From: Dimorphilus gyrociliatus
Lineage: Eukaryota > Animalia > Annelida
Length of the DNA stretch: 64,000 nucleotides
Direction of reading: 5' to 3'
Assembly: GCA_904063045.1 (NCBI GenBank)
Contig: CAJFCJ010000001.1
Location: forward strand, 992,001 to 1,056,000
A model generated the notes under the pieces. That model had not been told where the DNA came from, did no database searches, and saw nothing but the letters and a program-made list of their open reading frames with translations. Made by a program: the position numbers and the translations under genes. Shown piece after piece: positions 1 through 11,659 of this stretch (the first letter of the stretch is position 1; each line of letters begins with the position of its first letter).

Positions 1-2027
1 AGTTCCTGGTATTAGGCCATCAGGATTTTTAGTCTCTTCTGAGGCCGAAGCAACTTCATGCATTGGGATATATGCGTTGTGTCTATATAAGCCTCGAACT
101 TTTCTACCATCGTTTTTCTCAACTGTTATTGACCTGTATCGGTCAAAGTCATCTCGATAAGCAGGTGGATTTGGTGGGTTTGCTGGTGAACTTCTTAGAG
201 ATTTGGGTAAATTCAATTCAAAAGAAATTCTATCATAAAACGGGCCAGGAATCCAAACTGATAAACCAGAACTTATTTCACATGTCTGACCATTAACAAA
301 CTTTACGATTAGTGGACCACTTATAAGATCAGTTTTCTCGCTTCCTGTTAGCACTATACCTGGACCATATTTACCTTTTCCATCGATTGGTGCCAAAACA
401 TGATCAGAGGGAGCTATAGGATGTCGTCTGGCGTCTTCAATTGATACTATATCATAGATTAGAGTTTCTTGAAAGGTGGAAGAACTTTGACGGGGTTTCT
501 TTGATGCGAACTCGACTAAAAATTTATCGTCTAATAGATGAGATTTTACATTTCCGAAATAGAAATATCCATCATCATGTTTTCTTGCTAAAACTTTTGA
601 TCCAACAATCATTCTTCCAGCGTCTTCGGCAGAACCAACCTCTCCAGCTACATCGACGATTCTCTCTCTAGTAGATGTCCAATGATAAGGAGGAGTATAT
701 TTTACCCATCCAGATGGTGGGTTGTTAGAATAATAGCAACTTGGGACATTTAGATGTGAAATTGATTTCTTTGGTGGTGGTTGGACGATAATCTGTTCGG
801 GATATTCTTCTAAGTTTGTGGATATTGAGCATAATCTATTTTGTAAGTGATGAACTTGTCGATCTGATGAAATAACAGTTGAAGTACCCGGCGAACATAC
901 AGTTGTCAGTTGTTCCAAATGTTTATGGCAGCTTGTTGTAACAAGGTTGAGAGTTCCATAGCTTTCAGATGCCAGTTGACTAAGGAAATTAGTAATTGTC
1001 GCATTTTCAGGACAATCCCCTTTTTCCAGGAAATAGCAATGAACTGGTCGGCCATTGGTAGCAGGTATCACGTGATCAAGGGTGTCTTCTGGATGATCAT
1101 CGGGTAAAGAGTCCGTGACAAGACACACGCAATCGCACTCGTTATCACCCAGAGCAGTTAGAATAGCGTCTAACACGTTTGAAGTCGTTTTAGGTTGAAC
1201 ATTTCTTAACCATTCTGAAGCTATTTTTACAGTGTCCAAGTTGCAAAGAACGCATTTATCAGCCCACGCAGTGGCCTGTCCGCTGAATTCAATTATATTG
1301 AACATTCCGGGTTGATCACTTCTGGCTCGTTCCTCTAAAGTTGCAATAAGTTGATCTTTGACTTCTTCCAAACAATCGAACATTGATGCACTAGTATTTA
1401 TACAGAATACTACATTTTTTTCATTGATGTTCTCGAAAAGATAAGTTTCTGTTGTACTTTTCAAAGTACCTCTAATCTCTGGGCATTCTCCTTTAGAGCA
1501 AACAAACTTTAATCGATCATATAGGTTTTCGGAGATCCAGACAACGTTTGATCGAGGAACACGTTGCTTTTGATCATTTGCGAGTCTTATTTCAATTTCA
1601 TCTGCAGAGCCACTCTCCTCACTATCGATAGAAATTATTTCAGCAGGAATATACCTGCCGTTTACGGAATTTTCCGGTGCAAGAACTTTATCGAGAGTTG
1701 CTAGGGGATGACGTTTACCATCATTCAGAGATATAAGATCAATGATATGAGTTTCTTGGAATTCATTTTTATCCTTTTCTCTTGTGCTTTCAACATCCAA
1801 CTCAACAAGAAAATTTTCTGCATTTATCTGTGAATTTGTAACAGCTAGTTTACAAATATGATCGAGAACTGTCATAAATGATCATCAAATGCTAAGAAAA
1901 AGTAAAAAAATCTTACCTGATTTACAACTCTTCCACTATAATAGAAATTATTAGAATAATTTCTGGCTAATACAGATACATTTTGTAGGAAAATACCAGA
2001 ACCTGGAATGCCGGCTTCCTCTGTCAT
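1..2027 (-). CDS. VWA-domain protein with flanking DUF4537 (Tudor-like) repeats, VWA3B/C11orf16-like; 3' end runs off the window
   Basis: Exon 1 is 2027-1917 (MTEEAGIPGSG...SVLARNYSNNFYYSGRVVNQ), followed by a GT-AG intron 1916-1828. Exon 2 (1827 to <1) is open throughout. It contains a VWA-like segment (VVFCINTSASM...FNIIEFSGQATAW...NVLDAIL...CLVTDSLPD) and a second VLARKHDDGYFYFGNV...FLVEF repeat. It is missing from the ORF track because it has no stop inside the window. Confidence 0.75.
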
Positions 2028-2118
2028 AATTTCAAGTAACTTTAATCAACTCTGTCTAAAATTGAGCTTAAAAGTAACAACACTAATTGTATAGTCAGTG
2101 CTTTAAAAGTTTGTATAC

Positions 2119-2168
2119 GTCGTCTAAGCAACCGCGCAGGCGCAATAGTGGAAAAATTTGGCGCCAAA
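2119..2168. promoter_or_regulatory. Promoter motif cluster: X-box-like GTCGTCTAAGCAAC (2119-2132), NRF1-like CGCGCAGGCGCA (2133-2144), palindromic E2F site TTTGGCGCCAAA (2157-2168)
   Basis: The motifs were read directly, 92-141 nt upstream of the ATG at 2027, and form a GC-rich island in AT-rich DNA. Confidence 0.5.
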
Positions 2169-2753
2169 TATTATAAACTTTATTGCATTTCTAAATAAGA
2201 GACAATAAATATGGAATATGCTCTAATAGATAAACATTATCTTTAGACATTTCAATATAGCAAAAAACAAATGGAACAAATAAACAGACAAAATAATACT
2301 TTAGAGAAAATAAAATGAATTAGATTTGCTAGAAACATTCGCTTGTTCAGACAAATATAAAATCGATAAAAATTACCTTTAGGCATATATTACTTCAATA
2401 ATTAATAAAAAAAATTTCTCTATGGTCTATATTTCATATCATATATATCTATTTAAACGTTCCCTTTGGAACTATTTAAATGAATTAATAACAATTTATT
2501 CTTGTAATTAAAGCATATCAATAGATATTGTGACCATATAAAGCTACTAATAACTGGTTTTTTTTGTTTGCCCTAATAAAAATCAAGGTTTAGATTTTTT
2601 GTGTTTAATTTTTTGTCATTTTCCAATAAATTTACAGGCAAGTCAAGTTCAGGAGTAATTTTTTGTTTGTTTTCTTTTTTAAAGAGACTAGCTTTTCAGA
2701 AGAGAAATATAGTAAAATTTAAAATAAGTTAATAACTTTTGGGACAAATCACT

Positions 2754-4289
2754 TCACCAAACAACCCAATTCAACCCAAAACTTTTTGAGACAGCGGCTA
2801 CTGTTACAGCAGCTACAACTCCACCTACCGTCCATTTTATGACACTATAAAACATAGCTTTGTCGGATTTGGAATGAAAATCTGCTGATTTTGATTTAAC
2901 GATTCTACTGCCATTTTGTCGTTTCAATTTCATTTCTGCAATACGAGCATCTCTTTCTCGCTGTTCCCTTTTTCGGTTTTCAAGAAGTATCCTGGCCTCG
3001 AGTTCAACAGTCTCTGGAGGAAATCTTATATATAAAAGACCCGCTTGTGAAACAAGTTTCTCTAGTGGTATTTCTGGCGGAATATTAGATAATAAACTAT
3101 GTACAAAAGGCATTTCACACTGGCAGTCCATCACTTCATTTTTTCGATCTAGAACTACCTGTTTGTAAAAGACAGTTATCATATTATTATAAAAATACAT
3201 AGAGATAAACAGGAATAGTTAAAAGAAAGATATACGTACTGCAGCACCCATATAGACAGCCATCAGTGGATGACAAGCTATGAAGAAATCATAAAGGCGA
3301 ACAATTGAGGAAAATTCATTTAAGACATGGCCGAACCATGTAATGAGCCATGAGAGAGCAAAAATAGTTCCTACTTCAGATCTAAAAGAGTAATACATAA
3401 TATTAAACTTTAGATTATTGAGAGAACAATTCTTACAATTCCAAGAATCTACGTAATTCTGAGTTAACCATTCCTATTATTGGAAATAAATAATCGAGCA
3501 TATGATTTGTTCTGTCCATATTAACATCCATGAATTCTCTAAATATATAACAGCAGGTTACTGTTTAATTCATTTAGACTCAGAAAACAATTACCTTAAA
3601 TGAGATTTTGATAATTTATCCATCAACGTCACAGTTAATTCTTCACCAACAACTAATAAAAATGTGACACAAACATCGTGATATCCCTAGAGAAATATAT
3701 GACATGGGATATGCATTAATACATGTTTATAATGTTTTAAAAAAATATCTTTATAAAACCTGATAATAATTTAGTCCTTCATTGTTAACAAGTACTCGCA
3801 TTATGACATCTATGAGAATATCTTGATAAGACAATCGAACTTCTTCCTCCATTCCGGGGGGGAATCTTTTAACTGAACGATTAACATCTAAGACAACCTG
3901 ATTATAGTCTTTGTGAGCATGAAGAACTTCATCACTAGGTCTTTCAATTCTATCATTCTCGCTGAGGCCAAGTAATTTTGGCCAAGCCAACTTTCGAAGG
4001 TCATTGTTGATAAAACCTTCTCTACTAATTGCAAGTTGTTTTAGAGTGACGACATCACTTTTATCGACTGCTTCTAATATGGCTTTGCCCTTGAGATCTC
4101 TCTTCTGCCGGTCTGTAAAATAGAGATGATTTTGTTTTGTTTACATAACTCAATTTAATACAAACTTCCAGCTGGCGAACTGCTACTCCTCTTATAGTTA
4201 TTTCTGAGACGGGATGCAGGTGAGTTTGGACAGGATTCGCAGGAGTTTCTTGATGGAGGAGCAGGAGATGGTGTTCTACTAATAGTCAT
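2754..4289 (-). CDS. TBC1D20: TBC1 domain family member 20 (Rab1/Rab18 GAP), multi-exon, tail-anchored
   Basis: Peptides TLKQLAISREGFINNDLRKLAWPKLLG, DYNQVVLDVNRSVKRFP, LNYYQG(Y)HD and MDCQCEMPFVHSLLSNIP, plus a C-terminal hydrophobic helix (VIKWTVGGVVAAVTVAAV). ATG at 4289, stop at 2754. Confidence 0.93.
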
Positions 4290-4577
4290 CTGATATGAAT
4301 CACTGAACTTTCACCCTTTGTAAAATATTTCAAAATTAATATAAGTAGTGTATTGCATCTGAATAATTATCGTCTGCCACTGAAAATATTTTCGTATCAA
4401 GTAAATTTTTTATCTTTTTTCTAATTAACTTTCGAAATTTTTTTATAAATTATTATTATAAGCAATGTTTATATTCCAGGGTAAATTCTACTGACATGTT
4501 GAAAAATTTCAAACAGAACCTTTATTTCGCGTTCGTACGTTTCTTATCATCTCATGTTGTGCCATTCTTAATCAAAA

Positions 4578-7500
4578 ATGTTCTTCACGCTGGCTTTTGG
4601 CTGCATTGAACTAACTCAATATTGGAAGTATCGTAATACGTTTCTACATTGGTTACATTTGGTAAAATGCTGTAATCAGGCTCAAAGTAGTTTGTTTCTT
4701 GAAAATTGTTCTCTTCATTCCAAAAAACATTATGAGAAAATGACACCATTAAAGATTAATTGGAATTCATTCATTAAAGCATATAAAATTGATCCCAAGG
4801 TATAGATTTTACAAAACACCTTCAACATTTAGTTTAATCATAAAAATGCGCAGTTTTTCTATTTTTCAATCACCTTGGATTTTGAAAAATTAAAGTTTTT
4901 GCAACATTCAGTGTCCTAATCAAATCTATGAGCATTCGAATATAACATCTATATATTTCATTTATAATTTACTTTAACCAATAAACAAGGTTGGCAAGTT
5001 AAACCTTGTTTTCTTTTGATAGAAAGCAAAGCAAAGGCATAAAAAAAATATCTAAACATTTAAAGGTATAATAGTATCTAATAGTTACCTAAGTATTGTT
5101 GATTAAATATTCAATTTAATGAGAACTTACCGGGTAATTCAGTCAATTAAATATAGCTTAATGGTTCTTTATGATATTTAGGAGTCAATTCATTTGGATG
5201 AAGATTGGACTTTCTTCGTTAACCATCAATATTTGGAGGAAATTCTTAATGATGAGATGCTTTTGGTAGAATTCACATCTCCAGAGGAGCAGAAAGAAGA
5301 TAGTAGACTATTTGATGTCCCAGTTAGATATAGAACAAAAGTACAGTAAACCTTACGATATCTTTATTTTAATTAAGGTTCATTTAATTAGTAGTTTTCG
5401 GAGATGGTAACACCTGTTGCTTGGAAAAGTGACGAATCTATAAAAATACTAGTTCAATGTACTCTAAAATCTTTAGCTGACCTCTGCAGAGCATTACAAT
5501 TTGACAATGTTGTTTACGAAGATAATTTAAATATGAAATGTTTAACAAGTTAGTTATTTTCACTATTTATCATCGTTGCTATTGATTTTTTTCCAATCCT
5601 TTGTTTAATGCGGAAGCAGCTGTTAATTTATCAGGAAGAGCAAAATCCCTGTTGCAAACTGAAGAGAAAAAAACAGAAATGTCTACATTTGCAAAGGACA
5701 AGGCCAATTCTGATGACAAACAATCGACAGGACAAAAGCAGACCATTCCTAAACCTCCGAATGTACTGGTTTACACAGAGAGGAGTGCAAAAGAAGATTC
5801 GTTTTTAGCTTTGAAAGAAACCTTGCGAAGCATTTTGGGAGCAAATAATTATACTTTTTACCATTTAAGCGAAGAAAAGGCTTTAGGCTACCCGTGGAAG
5901 GAGAATACTACGCTCTTAATAATAATGGACAAGACACTCAAAGAGAATATAAATAAAATGTTCTATGAGTATTACATAAATGGTGGCAATGTTTTGAGTT
6001 TATGTTGCCGTACCTTCGAAGAGAATTTTCTAGAAGTAAAGGATAAAGGAGAAGTTAATATTCGTAAAATAAAATTAGAGTGTTCTGAATGGAAAGATGT
6101 ACCAGTTTTCGGGTGTTGTAATATATCTTTTGAAAATTTCAAGAAACAAAAGTTTACCGAAATAGCGTGGTTTTCAGACGACACCAGGAGGCCTGCTATA
6201 CTTTTCTCGGATTCTGAAGATAACTCTGGTAAAGTTATACTGTCACATGTAAGATTTTTTAATTTCTTTCTTATCACAGTCACACAAATAAAACAGTGTT
6301 TTAAACAGTAGATGGCACTGATATTAAAAACGTTTTAACTAGATAACAATTGGGCAGTCTTTCGTATTTAGTCTTATCTTCTTTCCAGGTTCAATGGCAC
6401 ATCGAGATCAAACACGAGCAAAAGCAAGTTCTGAAACATTTGTTATCTTCCTATTTCGAGATAAAGCAGTCTCAAGAGGAAGATATACAATTAACGCAAG
6501 GTTATTTGATATCTAAACAAGAGGTATTTCCATATCTTAATTGTCCTTAATATCTAATATTAAATAATCTGCTTTTGATATTCTAAGAACTCAAGAAGAA
6601 ACTTCCTAAAACACATTGAAGTAAAACTAACAAACGGTATTTTGAGATCAAACAAAACTGTCCTAAAATTTGGAAATACTGAAAAAGACACACCAAGTGA
6701 AAATTTCCTTCCAATTAATATTGCATCAAACTGCAATAATTTCAAATTATTCAATTCTGATGAGTACTTTCACCATCTTTCAACCAAAACACTAGGGAAG
6801 ATACTTATCTACGCAGACATGATGGGCAGTACTCAAAATGTCTTTGACAGGTATATTACATACAATCTAATATACAATATAAAATTATTAAAATTCCACT
6901 TTTAGTTTGCAATTTTCAACTCCAAAAGACCTAGGAATAGCTTCAATAGCAAGTCGCCAAATTTCCGGAGTTGGTTAGTTTTTCCTAATATGTTAAAGTA
7001 AATAAGACATAAAATTATAAATTATACGATATTAATTTTTTAGGGAGAGGTGGTAATGCATGGTTGAGCCCACCCGGTTCCCTATGTCTATCGTTTCATA
7101 CGATGGTTAGCCTAAAATCAAAATTGGGGCAGCATGTCTCCTACGCTCAACATATTGCGGCTTTGGCCGTTGTAAATGCCATCAGGGATATTAAAGAGTA
7201 TAGGGTATGTTTTCCGCAGATCAAACATTTAAGTAATACTTTATGAACATATCTTCTTATAAAGAATCTAGATTTGAGAATAAAGTGGCCGAATGACATT
7301 TATTACAAGGACAAAGCTAAAATAGGGGGAATTCTTGTTGACTCTTCAGTGTTTAAGGATCAAATACATCTAATAATAGGTAGGCTATTACGTTTAAAAA
7401 TATTATGGATCTTAAGATTCACTTTTCTTTCTCTTTTTTATAGGGATTGGAGTAAATGTTAGCAATTCCAAACCTACCCTTTCAATAAATGATATTATAA

Positions 7501-7823
7501 ATAGATACAATAAAAAGGCCGCCAAATCTTTAGAGAAATTTACTGTACCGAAAATGGGAGCTCTTATCATATCAAAATTTGAAGAGTTGGTTGATTTATA
7601 CGAAAATGAACAAGAGGATAATGTCTCAGCACTTTACTATGAGAAATGGATTCATTCAGGAACAGAGGTGGAGTTATGGAATGGAACAAAGGCAAAAATT
7701 GTTGATCTGGACGAATATGGCTATCTAAGGGTCTTTACAGAGTCTGAAGAAATAGTTAGTGTTCATCCTGATGGAAATAGTTTTGATATGACCCGTGGTT
7801 TAATTTTACCTAAAATAAAATAA
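4578..7823 (+). CDS. HLCS: Biotin--protein ligase / holocarboxylase synthetase
   Basis: C-terminal BPL motifs STQ, GRGGNAWLSPPGSLCLSF, IKWPNDIYYKDKAKIGGIL, DLDEYGYLRV and VHPDGNSFDM, plus the KPPNVLVY N-terminal domain. Exon 1 (4578-4799, phase 0) splices in frame to the exon starting at 5182. Confidence 0.95.
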
Positions 7824-7880
7824 GAGTAATTCAGAATAATTATATTCTATAAACGATGTTAAAAAAGAGATAAAAGATTA

Positions 7881-10663
7881 TCATTGCTGATGCGTAACAT
7901 AGTAATCGTGGTAATACATAAGAATTGCTATAGGTTGGCCAATAATTAAAGTAATCCATACAGCCATATTTCCATACTTTCCATCAAGATATTTTTTAAC
8001 GAAAAGGGCAAAAGGTACTTGACTCAACATAGCTGTAAACGCCCACAATCGGAACATTCTTAATGGAACACTAACAAGATACTGAAAAAAAAATTGTTAT
8101 CAATTGAAGAGTTCAAGACCATCAAGATTATTAGAATTAAAAATAGAAATTTAAGAAAAATATATGAACCTCGTGGAAAAATGCTGAAGCCAGAAAAACG
8201 AAAACACCAGCTGACATTTTACTATATCCTTTGGATAACATTGGTTTATAAAGGTGGCGTAAAGCCCATTTATGTACGGGTATATTCCAATTTTGCCAAA
8301 ATGATGAAACATCTTCTGCATTCCACCAATCTCTATAGAAAGTTCTATCGCCAAATTGTAATAGTTCGGCAACAACATTTAAACATGAGTGAAAGAACCA
8401 GTAGAAAAATATCAACCAAATAAAGTGATTCGGTATCTGTAGAAAAGTGAGATTAGATGAATTTTAGGATTAGTTTAAGAAAAGACGAATAAAAAAATAT
8501 TCAGTAATAATAAACTTACAGCTAGTTTCAATAGTCGCTCTACGACATTACTAATTTCCATCTTTTTGAAAGGGATTAGTGCATTATTAACAGTAGGTAT
8601 AATCCATTGTTGAATAAGGCAAAGCATTAAATGTGACAAGAAGAGCTAGAAATATAAAAATATACAGTAAAATATGTATATATATATATATATATTTGTA
8701 TATAACTATAAATTTTTATTTACCATTTCTAGAATACGTTTTATTAAAAATCGTTTTCGAATTCGAGACGATCTTGGAAAGTTTAATTCGTAACAAAGAG
8801 TTGGTGCAAACAGAAAATAGTAGATATCTATATTTAAAGGAAATATATACAGTATATAGATAAACTATCTATACATTGCAAACTAGATAATTATACCTTT
8901 TAAATTGATATTATCAGGATACTTTTGAAAATGTTCACGATTATTTTCAGTTAATTCAGCTGAATTTCTTACTGTAAATTAAACAAAGACATAAGTTTGA
9001 CAAAAAAGTAATTAATGAATCAACTTACAATTTCCCTGCGATGAAACGGATTTAAATCGGGTTCTACCCGATTTTTTCTGTAGTGTTTCCAAATCTTGAC
9101 GACACCATCTATTAACGTCGGCATAGGATATCAATTTAAGAAAAACGATAGTATAAACAGCAAGTGTGATCGAAGAGAAAACTGTAAAATCAGAAAAAAA
9201 AACATAAAGAAATAACATTTAATCGATTTCTTGGAAATCAATAAAAAGGAAGTAGAAAACAATTACCTGGACTCGGATGAAAATAAAGTATAACAACTGC
9301 AGGGTACAATATTATCAAGAGCCAATTAGCTTTTAATAGCTTTCTTGCTCGATCCTCGGAAATTCGGTTCTATTGTTAACGATAGAAATTAATATTCATG
9401 AACAGGGGCAATGCTATATGTATAATAAATATCTTATTACATCACTTAAAAGAATTTCCAAGTAGAATGAAAAAAGAATGAAAAAATTGGTGGCTGAAAG
9501 AGAATTACAAATGCATATATTTCTTAGAATAGTATAAATAATTTCAGCCTACTTATAATAAGGGCAAAGCAAGGCCAACTATAAGGATCCTTCGCAAGGT
9601 GTCTTACCCAAGCAATAGGATCAATAAGTATACCATATCTGAAAGAATGAATAATGATGAATAATAAACATGCAACCAAGAACATTCGATGTAGACTTAC
9701 TTAATCAAATTTTCAAGAGCAACTCTTGCGTTTGAAAGAACTAATAAAATTATACATAAATTGAGCAATCCTCTATAATCACCAAAACCACTGGATGAGC
9801 TAAATAAGGAATCGGCCCTTTCATGGCAACTGAAAAAAAATAAAAATAGATTGTATATGTTTTGTAAACATAGAAATATTTCTTTGTTGTTGATCACGTG
9901 ATTAGCTTCACTCCAACACGTGCCTGACCTGGAAGAGGAAAGCTAGACAAAAAGTCACGCACAGGTCACACGTGTAAAAGTTATTAAGTATTTTTTGTTG
10001 TTGCGAAAGAGGTATAGAATTATTAATTGCAATCATTCCTACCCAAATTTTAAACTTTTTATTTTTGAGCAACTATAGCAAATTATTTCCTCATGTTCGT
10101 GAAGCCAAGGAAAGTAAGTAGCAGCGAATTCACTGAGACGAGATTCTTTTTCCTCTTTTTTTGTGAATGGGGTGTCGACTCTACTCGGTGTAGTTCTAAA
10201 TTGGGCTCTGTAAGTAACTGGAAAATGACAAAGGCACTCATCGTCTGGGTCTCTTTGATGGACTACACCAGAGACAAGATTCTTCGTCAGGCCGGTAACC
10301 ATCGTCCTCCTTCTAAGATAATTATCACTGTCTAGCTCGTCATCCCCTTCTAACTTCCATGTTCGGATAGAAGTTCTTGATATACAGTCGCGGCTCATAT
10401 TCGGCTGTTCAACACTGCCGACACAACCGTCAATAAGCGTTTGATTGATTTTGTCGGAACCGGATCAATGTCAAGGCTACACCGGTTGTAAACAAACAGT
10501 CGAGCTCAACACTCAGCCGAGTCTGAGTGCTCTAAATGTAAGATAAATGAACTCACGGCTTATCGCTTCTAGAAAACTTTTCGCGTCGAGACTCTTCTGC
10601 CTGGAATGACACTCTACTACAACTAATACGACGTCTAACCAATTTTTTTCCCGGCTCCGCCAT
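7881..10663 (-). CDS. DGAT1: Diacylglycerol O-acyltransferase 1 (MBOAT family)
   Basis: Exon 1 (10663-10557; [18 protein letters not shown]...SDKP; donor GTGAGT) joins in phase to 9829, giving [18 protein letters not shown]. Other motifs are [42 protein letters not shown] and the terminal [10 protein letters not shown] at 7883-7881. Confidence 0.96.
8677..8695. repeat. (TA)n microsatellite in a DGAT1 intron
   Basis: Direct read of about 9 TA units. Confidence 0.85.
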
Positions 10664-11659
10664 AATTCGTCTCGTTTCAGTGGAAAAAAACTATCGAAAA
10701 ACACACACAATCGAAAACGGGTATTTAAAGTAGCGGTGAATTTAAACAAAATTTGCCTAAATTCTTTTGGATATGTTTATTTAGATCATTCACCCTGAGC
10801 TAATTTGAATAAAATTTTCCATCATAAATGATCTTTTCTACATATGCCACTAAATATGGCTTATTAAATACGCAAAAAAAATGGAGAAAAAATTCAGTTT
10901 GGAATGTCTGTAAAGGGGAACAGGTCAAAAATAATCACAAAGAGTGCACTAATTACAGGCTCACAATAAATAATTAGCTATTTCAGAGTACAAAGCAAAC
11001 ATATAAACATTAGAGTTATTTACTTCTCGCCGACCTAATCTTAGCTATAAACACGTAATGCATCTTTTATTTGATCTAGCGTGAATGTAACGCATTATTG
11101 CATTGTACTATTAAAAAAATGACTAAAGAAAAAAAAAAACAAAAACGCAACTTTAGATAAAAGCTGGTAGTCTAATCTAATACGATTGTACTTTGACCAT
11201 TGAGGTTAAAGTTTGATAATTAATCTCTCTCTCTCTCCGAAAAAATGAACCTTAATGATCTAATTATTATTATAATTTGTATCTTTGAATATACTCCAAA
11301 AGAACAAAAAACAATAATAAACAATAACAAAAAAGAAGCGTATATATAGATATCTATATATATATAAATTTATACTGCTTATCGTATAAGAGCAATGTTA
11401 AGAACGTTTAAAAATAGTTTATTATGTCTATTTAGTTGATAATCTCTCTTCTTTGGGGATAATTCAATTTCAATTGAGTTTTATATAATTTATTGAATTC
11501 AAATAGAACGAAATGAGTCTATTGCGTAACAAAGAAGAATAAATAATTTCTTCCTTAAAAACCAATAAATACAAATTAGTGAATCAGGATTATTAAGTAT
11601 TGAAATAAAATTAAGTATATTGGAGACAAAAAATTGAGTTTTACTAAGTTAAACTTCAT

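Noticed and set aside
63-1107. Plus-strand ORFs 63-296, 441-671 and 910-1107
   Set aside because: They are antisense shadows of the long minus-strand VWA/DUF4537 exon. The same applies to the many short ORFs overlapping MEGF8, WIP, ELAPOR and bestrophin exons in other frames.
5125-5133. Perfect minus-strand donor (G|GTAAGT) inside HLCS intron 1, as a possible antisense TBC1D20 leader exon
   Set aside because: A single hexamer is plausible by chance in about 380 nt of AT-rich DNA, and there is no other support.
10093-10335. Plus-strand 80-aa ORF with a GTAAGT donor-like site
   Set aside because: It is antisense to the more convincing DGAT1 alternative exon and has no recognisable product or downstream plus-strand exons.
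10502-10532. Small inverted repeat (ACTCAG/CTGAGT) in DGAT1 intron 1
   Set aside because: The stem is too short for a miRNA or other ncRNA call.
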